From an uncultured Actinomycetes bacterium (GTDB lineage Bacteria; Actinomycetota; Thermoleophilia; UBA2241): a stretch of 54,150 nucleotides of DNA. Every line of letters begins with the position of its first letter. Positions within the stretch are counted from its first letter, which is position 1. Below the pieces are notes generated by a model. That model was not told the origin of the DNA. It worked only from the letters and a program-made list of their open reading frames with translations, and did no database searches. The DNA lies in contig CAVYCN010000005.1 of assembly GCA_963767005.1 (NCBI GenBank), forward strand, positions 1-54,150, read 5' to 3'. The position numbers and the translations under genes are program-made. Below are positions 28,680 to 36,544 of this stretch, one piece after another.

Positions 28680-29251
28680 GTGTTTCGAAGGGTCATCCTG
28701 GTGATCCTGGTCGTGCTCGCGGTGGTCGCGCTCGTCGGGGCCATCGGCGCCGGCTTTCACCACGCCGGCTACTGGGGCCCCGCGGGCGGCCACATGATGC
28801 GGTACGGACCGGGCTACTGGGGCTACGGCAGAGGCTTCTTCCCAGGTCTCTTCCTGTTCCCCGTGATCCTGCTGCTCATCCTGGCGGCCGTGCTCTGGCG
28901 GCCGTGGCACCACCACTGGCGGTACGGCTACGGCCCCGGTCCGTATGGCCCCGGCCCGTACGGTGGGCAAGGCGGTCCGCGCCAGATGTTCGAGGAGTGG
29001 CACCGTCAGGCGCACGCCGGCGGCCCGGCCGGTCAGGGCGGCACGCCAACGCCCCCGGGCGGCGGCGAGACGTGGCCCGGCTACGGTGCCGGCCGCCGAC
29101 GCCCGGCCAGGGCGGCTTCGTGCCCGGCCAGGGCGGCTTCGTGCCCGGCCAGGGCGCGCCGACGCCGCCCAGCGGCGGCACCGCGAGCCCGCCGCCTGCC
29201 GAGCCGCCGACGCCCCCGCAGGCGCCCGGCGGCGGCGAGAGCGCGACCTGA
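28680..29251 (+). CDS. Small membrane protein with a Gly/Pro-rich tail (frameshift near 29095)
   Basis: RBS AGGAGG. Two hydrophobic segments, 'FEEWHRQAH', then PGQGGFV repeats. Confidence 0.7.
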
Positions 29252-29381
29252 CGCGGGCAAGCGGCGGGCGGCGGCGGGGCAAGCGCCCCGCCGCCGCCCG
29301 CCGCGCCCACCCCACCGACCCGCGGCCACTCACTCTGCCCCGCCCCGACCCGCCCCGTCCCGGAAGGGGGATACTAGGGCC

Positions 29382-30062
29382 ATGAAGACCATCCTCGTCG
29401 TCGAGGACGACACGCAGATCGCCCGCCTGGTGCGCGACTACCTCGAGCACGCCGGCTTTGCCGTGCACCTCGCAAGCGACGGCGAGAACGCCCTGCACCA
29501 CGTGCGCGCGACCAAGCCCGACCTGATGGTGCTCGATCTCGGCCTGCCCGACATGGACGGCCTCGACGTCACCCGCGCCGTGCGCGCCTTCAGCGCGCTG
29601 CCGATCATCGTGCTCACCGCGCGCGACGACGAGGCCGACCGCATCGTCGGTCTCGAGCTCGGCGCCGACGACTACGTGGTCAAGCCCTTCAGCCCCAAGG
29701 AGCTCGTCGCCCGCGTGCGCGCCGTGCTGCGCCGCACCGAGGGCGCCCAGCGGGCCGACGAGGTGCTGCACGTCGCCGACCTCGAGATCGACGTGCCGGC
29801 GATGCGCGCGAGCGCCGCCGGCGCGCGGCTCGACCTCACGCCGACCGAGTTCCAGCTCCTGGTCGCGCTGGCCCGCCGGCCCGGCCGCGTGCTCACCCGC
29901 GGCCAGCTCCTGCAGGCGGTGCGCGGCGTCGCCTTCGACTCCTACGAGCGGGCGATCGACGCCCACGTCAAGAACATCCGCCGCAAGCTCGAGTCCCACG
30001 AGGGCGCGCCACGCTACATCGAGACGGTCTACGGCGTGGGTTACCGCTTCACCGACGGGTGA
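29382..30062 (+). CDS. OmpR/PhoB-family response regulator
   Basis: 'ILVVEDD', 'VLDLGLPDMDG', 'GADDYVVKPF', 'IDAHVKNIRRKL', 'TVYGVGYRF'. Confidence 0.96.
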   Translation: MKTILVVEDDTQIARLVRDYLEHAGFAVHLASDGENALHHVRATKPDLMVLDLGLPDMDGLDVTRAVRAFSALPIIVLTARDDEADRIVGLELGADDYVVKPFSPKELVARVRAVLRRTEGAQRADEVLHVADLEIDVPAMRASAAGARLDLTPTEFQLLVALARRPGRVLTRGQLLQAVRGVAFDSYERAIDAHVKNIRRKLESHEGAPRYIETVYGVGYRFTDG

Positions 30063-31207
30063 TGAGCGACCCCCCGCCGCCGTACGGCCCGCCCTGGCAT
30101 CGCCACGGCCGCTGGAGTGCGCCACCGCCCTGGTGGCCGCAGAACGAGCCCTGGCCGCCGGCCGGGGGCTGGCGCGGCGTGCGGCGCCGCTTCGTGCGCC
30201 GCTTCGCGCTGCTCCTGCTCGGCCTGCTCGTCGTCGTGATCGTCCTCAGCAGCCTGTGGAGCGCCTTCGGCCCCCGCACCTTCTACGGCCCCCACATGAT
30301 GACGCAACGCGCCTATCACCCGTTCTTCCTGGTGGGGCCGCTGCTGGTCATCCTGCTGGTCGGCGGATACGTCGCCTGGCGCCTGCTGCAGCGTACGGCG
30401 GCGCCGATCGGCGACGTCATGGACGCCGCCGGCAGGGCCGCCGCCGGCGACTACTCCGCCCGGGTCCAGCCGCAGGGGGCCGACGAGGTGCGTCGCCTGG
30501 CCGACTCGTTCAACGAGATGGCGACGCGCCTGCAGTTGAACGAGGACCAGCGGCGCGCCCTGCTCGCCGACGTCGCCCACGAGCTGCGCACGCCGCTGTC
30601 GGTCGTGCGCGGCAACGTCGAGGGCATGCTCGACGGCGTCTACCCGCGCGACGACGAGCACATGGCCGAGCTGCTGGCGGCGACCCAGCGCATGACCCGC
30701 CTGCTCGAAGACCTGCAGACGCTGTCGACCGCGCAGGCCGGCGTGCTGCAGCTCCACCGCGAGCCGACCGACGCCCGCCGTCTGGCCGACGACGTGGCGC
30801 ACGCCTTCGCGCCGCTCGCCGCCGAGCGTGGCGTGAGCCTGACCGCGCAGGTCGACGGCCTGCCCGAGCTCGACGCCGACCCGGTGCGCCTGCGCCAGGT
30901 GCTCGACAACCTGGTCGCCAACGCGGTGCGCTACACGCCGCGAGGTGGCTCGGTGGTCGTCGCGGCGCGGCGTGAGGCCGACCAGGCCGTCTTCGCGGTG
31001 GCCGACAACGGCCGCGGCATCGCTCCCGACGAGCTCGCCCACCTGTTCGATCGCTTTTCGAAGTCGGCCGACTCGAAGGGCAGCGGCCTGGGCCTCGCCA
31101 TCGCCCGCGGCCTGGTCGAGCGCCACGGCGGCACGATCGCGGCCGCCAGCGAGCCGGGGCGCGGCACCACCATCACCTTCCGCATCCCGCTGACAGCGCC
31201 GGCCTGA
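30059..31207 (+). CDS. HAMP-domain sensor histidine kinase
   Basis: Two TM segments, HAMP 'DEVRRLADSFNEM', H-box 'DVAHELRTPL', 'NLVANAVRYT', 'DNGRGI', 'GSGLGLAIA'. Confidence 0.95.
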   Translation: MMSDPPPPYGPPWHRHGRWSAPPPWWPQNEPWPPAGGWRGVRRRFVRRFALLLLGLLVVVIVLSSLWSAFGPRTFYGPHMMTQRAYHPFFLVGPLLVILLVGGYVAWRLLQRTAAPIGDVMDAAGRAAAGDYSARVQPQGADEVRRLADSFNEMATRLQLNEDQRRALLADVAHELRTPLSVVRGNVEGMLDGVYPRDDEHMAELLAATQRMTRLLEDLQTLSTAQAGVLQLHREPTDARRLADDVAHAFAPLAAERGVSLTAQVDGLPELDADPVRLRQVLDNLVANAVRYTPRGGSVVVAARREADQAVFAVADNGRGIAPDELAHLFDRFSKSADSKGSGLGLAIARGLVERHGGTIAAASEPGRGTTITFRIPLTAPA

Positions 31208-31210
31208 GAG

Positions 31211-31693
31211 TTACGCTCGCGCCCTGCCCCGGGCCGAGCGCTGGTGGGCCTTGAACCACTCCTCGTGGGGCGGCGTCGGGCGGTCGACGGTCCACAGAAA
31301 GACGTAGGCGCCGTTGTCGCCGAGAAAGCGGAACTCGCGACGCAGCTCGGCGACCGTGGCCTCGAACGAGCCGAGGCCGTCCAGGTACCGGGCGAAGCCG
31401 CCATGCAGGCGGTCGAGCTCGAGCATGCGCTCGGCGTTCTGGATCGTCGCCTCGATCTTGCGGCGATTGCGGATGATGCGCGTGTCTTCGGTCAGCCGGT
31501 CGACGTCGTCCGGCGTCATGTCGGCGACCTTGCGCGGGTCGAAGCCGTGGAACGCGTCGCTGATGCCGTCCCACTTGGCCTCGACGACGCTCCAGCTCAT
31601 GCCGGTCGAGAAGATCGGCCGGGTCAGTGCTTCGAGGTAGCCGGCCAGCGACGCCGGCTTTGCCGACTCCCAGCCCGGTGGCCTCATTACCAT
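31211..31693 (-). CDS. tag: DNA-3-methyladenine glycosylase I family
   Basis: 'F.TGMSW..V..KW....AFHGFDP..VA', 'IIRNRRKIEATIQNA', 'FRFLG'. Confidence 0.85.
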   Translation of the reverse strand: MVMRPPGWESAKPASLAGYLEALTRPIFSTGMSWSVVEAKWDGISDAFHGFDPRKVADMTPDDVDRLTEDTRIIRNRRKIEATIQNAERMLELDRLHGGFARYLDGLGSFEATVAELRREFRFLGDNGAYVFLWTVDRPTPPHEEWFKAHQRSARGRARA

Positions 31694-31857
31694 GTTCCCC
31701 CTCCGTGTCAGTCGGCCGCGCAGACCCGCCCGGCCGGCTCGTCCGTTTCGCATTCGTGTCCCCGCGAATCTTCCCCATCGGTACCCGTTCCGCCACCAAC
31801 GGTGCCGCCGCCGAGGGACCGGGAACCTTCACCCCCGCAGTCGACAAGGGAGGGGCG

Positions 31858-32178
31858 ATGAGCCGTTATCTTATATCGGGCACGTACGCGGCGGAGGGCG
31901 CCAAGGGCCTGCTGCGCGAGGGCGGCACCAAGCGCAAGGCGGCCATCGAGACGCTCATCGGTGAGGCCGGCGGGAAGCTCGAGTCGATCTACTGGGCGTT
32001 CGGCGACACCGACTTCTACATCATCGCCGAGCTGCCCGACTCGGCCACCACGGCCGCCATCGGCCTGACTACCTCGGGCTCCGGCCTGGTCCGCGTGCGA
32101 ACGACGGTGCTGATCAGCGCCGAGGAGATCGACCAGGCGGCGGGCAAGAGCGTCACCTACCGCGGACCGGGGGCGTGA
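31858..32178 (+). CDS. GYD domain-containing protein
   Basis: 'GGKLESIYWAFGDTDFYIIAELPD' with RBS GGAGG. Confidence 0.85.
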   Translation: MSRYLISGTYAAEGAKGLLREGGTKRKAAIETLIGEAGGKLESIYWAFGDTDFYIIAELPDSATTAAIGLTTSGSGLVRVRTTVLISAEEIDQAAGKSVTYRGPGA

Positions 32179-32257
32179 GGGCCCGGCCCACAGAAGCGCG
32201 GCCGGCACAGCGGACCACGCCCCAGCCCCGGCCGGCCGCGCCCCGGCCCCGGTCGGC

Positions 32258-32665
32258 ATGACCCCGCAACCGGACACCGCCCTCTCGGTGATGCTGATCG
32301 TGCCCGACGCCGACGCGGCGGTCGCCTGGTACAAGGACGCCCTGGGGGCGACCGAGCTCTGGAACCTGGGCGGCGTCGCCGGCCTGGCCGTCGACGGCGC
32401 CCCCTTCTTCATCCACGAGGTCAACCCGAACAACCCGACCGAGCGCAGCCCCGACCAGACCGGCTTCACGGGCGTGCGGATCGAGCTCTTCGTCGCCGAC
32501 CCCGACGCCCTGGTGGAACGCGCCCTTGCGGCGGGCGCGACGCCAGGGCTGCCGGTCGTGGACCACCAGATGCCGTGGGGCGTCCACCGCCAGGGCGGCT
32601 TTCGCGACCCGTTCGGTCACACCTGGTCCGTGGGCGACAGGTCGCCGCTGGGCAGCGGCCGGTAG
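32258..32665 (+). CDS. VOC/glyoxalase family (PhnB-like) protein
   Basis: 'AVAWYKDALGA', 'DPDALVERALAAGA', 'PWGVHRQGGFRDPFGHTW'. Confidence 0.9.
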   Translation: MTPQPDTALSVMLIVPDADAAVAWYKDALGATELWNLGGVAGLAVDGAPFFIHEVNPNNPTERSPDQTGFTGVRIELFVADPDALVERALAAGATPGLPVVDHQMPWGVHRQGGFRDPFGHTWSVGDRSPLGSGR

Positions 32666-33204
32666 CGCAGGCCGACCCGGCCGCTGGCGAACCGCCGTTC
32701 CTCGAGCAGCTCGAACCGCAGGTCGAGGCCGGCCGCGAAGGCCGGCGTGCCGCCGCCGATCACGACCGGGACAAGGAAGAGCAGGCATTCGTCGACGAGG
32801 CCGGCGGCAAGCGCCTGACCGGCGAGCTCCGACCCGCCGACGCTGAGGTCGCGAGGCGACTCGGCCTTGAGCCGTCGCACCGCTACGGGGTCGAACTCGC
32901 GCTCGACCGTCGCGCGCGGCGCGCTCGCCTCGGCCAGCGTCCGCGAGTAAACGATCTTGTCGGCGGCGCGCCAGATGCCGGCGAAGTCGTGCATCACTGC
33001 GGGCTCCCCCTCGAGCTCGAGCGTGTCCCAGACGGCGACCGTGTCGTACATGCGGCGCCCAAGCAGAAAGGTGCCGACCGGCCGGAGCAGGTCGTTGACC
33101 GCGGCGTGGACCTCGTCGTCGGGTGCGGACCAGCCGATACCGCCGCGCTCGTCGGCGATGTAGCCGTCAAGCGACACCGTCGCTAGGTAGATCAGTCTGG
33201 CCAT
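32617..33204 (-). CDS. Dihydrofolate reductase/RibD C-terminal family protein
   Basis: 'SLDGYIAD', 'LLGRRMY', 'KIVYSRTL', 'VGGSELA', 'GLVDE....VPVVIGGG'. Confidence 0.92.
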   Translation of the reverse strand: MARLIYLATVSLDGYIADERGGIGWSAPDDEVHAAVNDLLRPVGTFLLGRRMYDTVAVWDTLELEGEPAVMHDFAGIWRAADKIVYSRTLAEASAPRATVEREFDPVAVRRLKAESPRDLSVGGSELAGQALAAGLVDECLLFLVPVVIGGGTPAFAAGLDLRFELLEERRFASGRVGLRYRPLPSGDLSPTDQV

Positions 33205-33375
33205 GGTCGCCTCCCTCGGTGAGCACGCGCGCACGAACGTTCGGTTAGATACCCGAAGGCGCGGCGACCGCGGCGACCGCCCGTCGCCGGCTCGCGTCCG
33301 GCTCCCTCTTGAGTACCGTACGGGTGCGGACGTAGGGTGGCGGCGGCGCACGCGACATCGACTTGGGGGTCAATC

Positions 33376-33960
33376 GTGAAGAGAGCCTCGGCGGTCCTTT
33401 CGATCCTGGCGCTCCTGGCCTGCCTGCTCGCGGCGGCCTGCGGCGGCAACGCGGCGGCCCAGCAGTCCGGCTCGCCCACGGTCTCGGTGCGGGCCGCGAC
33501 GGACACGGAGTTCGGCGACAGCGAAGTCTGGACGCTCACCCTCGCGCCGACCGGCAGGCCGAGCGGCATCATCGCGCTCGTCACCGTGCGTGACGGCAAG
33601 GTCGACACGCTCGAGTCCGTGCCCTTCCACGACATCACCGGCGGATCCGCGTCGGTGCTGGTCACCCCGCGTGGCATCGAGGCGGCCGTGAGCACAAGCC
33701 GCGGCGGGGTCACGAGCGGGAACGGCTCCGGCCCGTTTGCGTTCCCGAAGGGCTCGACCGACGAGGCCACGGCCTGGGGCGGCGCAGAGACCGGTTCGAG
33801 CCAGACCATCGTCCTCTGGACCCAGGACCGCTTCGTCGCGCCGCGGCCCTCAGCAGGCCCGCAGGAGACCGGCGGCGCCTTGGCGGACGTGGTCACCGCC
33901 AGCAAGGCGCAGCCGCGAGTGACCTCCTACTGCCTCACCCTGAAGGTCGACACGAAGTAG
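33376..33960 (+). CDS. Putative lipoprotein, hypothetical
   Basis: Signal peptide 'MKRASAVLSILALLACLLAAA-CGG' with a lipobox. Confidence 0.65.
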   Translation: MKRASAVLSILALLACLLAAACGGNAAAQQSGSPTVSVRAATDTEFGDSEVWTLTLAPTGRPSGIIALVTVRDGKVDTLESVPFHDITGGSASVLVTPRGIEAAVSTSRGGVTSGNGSGPFAFPKGSTDEATAWGGAETGSSQTIVLWTQDRFVAPRPSAGPQETGGALADVVTASKAQPRVTSYCLTLKVDTK

Positions 33961-33979
33961 GCGGCGCAGAGATGGCAAA

Positions 33980-34015
33980 GGGCGGGCGGCGGGCTGCAAG
34001 GCCCGCCGCCCGCCC
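33980..34015. terminator. Bidirectional GC hairpin between convergent genes
   Basis: GGGCGGGCGGCGGGC-tgcaag-GCCCGCCGCCCGCCC, flanked by AAA and TTT. Confidence 0.75.
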
Positions 34016-34034
34016 GGCCTTTCGAGGCGGCGGG

Positions 34035-35555
34035 TCAGCCCGCCGCCTCGTCGCGCTCCTCGACTCGCACCGGGATCATGGCCGGCTCGCCGAGGCGCGC
34101 CCGGCCGAGGGCAAGGCCCGCGCCCACGCCCTCCCCGTCTTCGCTGCCATCGTCGAGCAGGTACGAGACCGAGTCGACGACGTCCTGCCTGGGCGGGATC
34201 ATGACGGCGGCGATGATGGCCACGCCCACCGCCGCGGCGCCGACCCAGAGGGCCGCCGTCAGGCCGTTCACGAACGACTGCGGCGTGAGGTAGCTGCCGG
34301 CCGCCGAGAACACGCTGGCCAGCACGGCCACGCCAAAGACGCCGCCGACCTCGCGCATGGTGTTGTTCACGCCCGATGCCTTGCCCTCTTCGGAGCGGCG
34401 CACGCTCGACAGCACCAGGTTGGCGACCGGCGCGAAGTACAGGCTCATGCCCACACCGGCCATGACGAACGCGGGCACCAGGTGCAGGTAGGCCACGGTC
34501 GGCGAGCTGATCAGCGCCATCCAGCCCAGGGCGGTAGCCATGAGCGCCATGCCGGCGATCAGCAGCGGCCGGCTGCCGATGCGGTCCGACAAGATGCCGG
34601 CGATCGGCGCGACCAGCATCGGCATGGCCGTCCAGGGCAGCGTGCGCAGGCCCGCCTGCAGCGGCGAGTAGTGCTGCACGATCTGGAAGAACTGGGCCAG
34701 CAGGAAGATCGAGCCGAACATGCCGAAGCTCATGAAGACCGAGGTCAGGTTGGCCGCCGAGAAGGCGCGCCGGCGAAAGAAGCGCATCGGCACCATGGGC
34801 TCGCGGGCGCGCAGCTCCCAGGCCACGAAGCCGACGACCAGCAGCGCGCCGACGATCATGGGCGGCAGCACGCCGAGGCTGGTCCAGCCGTGGGCGTTGC
34901 CGCGCACGAGGCCCCAGACCAGGCCGAACAGGCCGACGCTGACCAGGCTCAGGCCGGGCAGGTCGAGCGAGCGGTTCGGGCCCTTGCTCTCGGACAGGCG
35001 GAAGTACGCGACCGGCAGCAGGGCCAGGCCGATCGGCACGTTCACCCAGAAGATGAACTGCCAGGAGAAGCCGTCGACGATGGCGCCGCCGATCACTGGG
35101 CCGAGCGCCACGGCCAGGCCGGCGGTGCCGCTCCAGATGCCCAGGGCGAGGCCGCGGCGGGCCGGCGGCACGGCGGCCGAGAGGATGGTCAGGGTGAGCG
35201 GCGTGACGATGGCGCCGCCCACGCCCTGCGCGGCGCGCGCCGCGATCAGCCAGCCGATGCTGGGCGCCAGGGCCGCGGCGGCCGAGCCCAGCGTAAAGAC
35301 GATGAGGCCGACCAGGAACATGCGCTTGCGACCGAAGCGGTCGCCCAGGGCGGCGCCTGTCAACAGCAGCACGGCGAAGGTCAGCGTGTAGGCGTTGACG
35401 GTCCATTCGAGACCCGAGAGGCCGGCCCCCAGGTCGTGCTTGATCACGGGCAGCGCGGTGGTCACGACGAGGTTGTCGAGCGACACCATGAACACGGCGA
35501 CGGCCGTCACGACGAATGTCCAGATCGTCATGGCTCGTTTGCTCATCCCGCTCAT
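34035..35555 (-). CDS. DHA2 (EmrB/QacA-type) MFS efflux transporter
   Basis: 'SLDNLVVTTALP', 'WTVNAYTL', 'LGDRFGRKR', 'SWQFIFWVNVPIG'. Confidence 0.94.
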   Translation of the reverse strand: MSGMSKRAMTIWTFVVTAVAVFMVSLDNLVVTTALPVIKHDLGAGLSGLEWTVNAYTLTFAVLLLTGAALGDRFGRKRMFLVGLIVFTLGSAAAALAPSIGWLIAARAAQGVGGAIVTPLTLTILSAAVPPARRGLALGIWSGTAGLAVALGPVIGGAIVDGFSWQFIFWVNVPIGLALLPVAYFRLSESKGPNRSLDLPGLSLVSVGLFGLVWGLVRGNAHGWTSLGVLPPMIVGALLVVGFVAWELRAREPMVPMRFFRRRAFSAANLTSVFMSFGMFGSIFLLAQFFQIVQHYSPLQAGLRTLPWTAMPMLVAPIAGILSDRIGSRPLLIAGMALMATALGWMALISSPTVAYLHLVPAFVMAGVGMSLYFAPVANLVLSSVRRSEEGKASGVNNTMREVGGVFGVAVLASVFSAAGSYLTPQSFVNGLTAALWVGAAAVGVAIIAAVMIPPRQDVVDSVSYLLDDGSEDGEGVGAGLALGRARLGEPAMIPVRVEERDEAAG

Positions 35556-35658
35556 CTCCTTTCGCTTGTCGTCAGGTCCCGGCTCGCGGCCTGCGGCCTC
35601 GCTTGGGCCGGGTCCTGTGGGTCATCGTGACCCCGATTTGCTTCCTGACTGTGCTTGT

Positions 35659-35676
35659 TAAGTTAGTAATCACTTA
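35659..35676 (-). promoter_or_regulatory. Putative TetR operator upstream of the MFS gene
   Basis: TAAGTTAGTAATCACTTA, matching TAAGTAAGTGGTCACTAA at 36438-36455 upstream of the TetR gene. Confidence 0.75.
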
Positions 35677-35687
35677 GTTTTGAAGGG

Positions 35688-35733
35688 AAAAAGAGAGACG
35701 ACGCCCCACGCGCGAGCGCGTGCGGCGGCGTCT
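35688..35733 (-). terminator. Rho-independent terminator after tetR
   Basis: Imperfect hairpin 35696-35733 followed on the minus strand by CTCTTTTT. Confidence 0.65.
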
Positions 35734-35752
35734 GAGGGAGCGCTTCGCTTGC

Positions 35753-36421
35753 TCAGCCGCCGCCCCCCTTCGCCTTGCCGTGGCCGTGGATGTCGCCGGC
35801 CTTGGCGTGGACGGCGTCCTTGAGCGCCACGCCCTTCTTGTGCAGCTCGGCGACGTGCTCAAGCAGCCAGCGGCCGGTGCACATGCGGGCCCAGTCCTCT
35901 TGCACCTCGACGAGGCCCAGGGCGGCCGCGACGGTCATGAGCATGCCCTCGGCCAGCCAGGGCCGGATGGCCTCGTCGGGCGCGCCCGAGGCCGACTGCA
36001 CGAAGCGCACGAGGCGCAGGAACTCCTCGCGCACGGCCTCGCGCACCTCTTCGTCTTCGGAGGCTGCGTAGGCTTGGAGCTGCATGAGCAGGATCTCGCG
36101 ATCGCTCTCGAGCAGGTTGGCGTAAGCGACGCCCATGGTCATGAGGATCTCGTCGGTGCTCGCCTCGGCGCCCGCCTCGGCCGCCGCCTGGCGGAACACG
36201 GCCACCGTGCGCTGAAAGCCGCGCCGCATGGCCGCGATGAAGAGGTCCTTCTTGGTGCCGAAGAGCTGGAACAGGTAGGGCTGCGAGACGCCGACCCGCT
36301 TGGCGATCGCCTCGACCGGCGTGCCGTACAGACCGTACACCGCGAACTCGCGCATGGCCGCCTCGACGATCTCGCGGCGGCGCTCCTCTTTGGTGGATCT
36401 CGTTGTGGCTCTCTCACTCAT
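35753..36421 (-). CDS. TetR/AcrR family transcriptional regulator
   Basis: 'RREIVEAAMREFA..GLYGT.VEAIAKRVGVSQPYLFQLFGTKKDLF'. Confidence 0.95.
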   Translation of the reverse strand: MSERATTRSTKEERRREIVEAAMREFAVYGLYGTPVEAIAKRVGVSQPYLFQLFGTKKDLFIAAMRRGFQRTVAVFRQAAAEAGAEASTDEILMTMGVAYANLLESDREILLMQLQAYAASEDEEVREAVREEFLRLVRFVQSASGAPDEAIRPWLAEGMLMTVAAALGLVEVQEDWARMCTGRWLLEHVAELHKKGVALKDAVHAKAGDIHGHGKAKGGGG

Positions 36422-36428
36422 GGCGCGG

Positions 36429-36455
36429 AGTATACCATAAGTAAGTGGTCACTAA
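36429..36455 (-). promoter_or_regulatory. tetR leaderless promoter with an autoregulatory operator
   Basis: Minus-strand TATACT (36434-36429) lies 7 nt before the ATG. Operator with core palindrome AGTG-gt-CACT. Confidence 0.7.
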
Positions 36456-36544
36456 ACAAGAGTCCCTCGCCCTCTTCGCTCATCCCGAACACGTGGACTA
36501 CAATCCGATGTACGTGCCGGACCCGAGAGGCGACTGGGGGCTCC

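Noticed and set aside
28680-30062. Membrane protein-response regulator fusion (460 aa)
   Set aside because: It is created by a frameshift near 29095. A stop at 29251, a hairpin, and a separate -10 and ATG at 29382 separate the two genes.
35720-36544. 1174-aa version of the PHP-ATPase ORF
   Set aside because: The extension is the antisense of tetR. The PHP domain starts just after ATG 36545.
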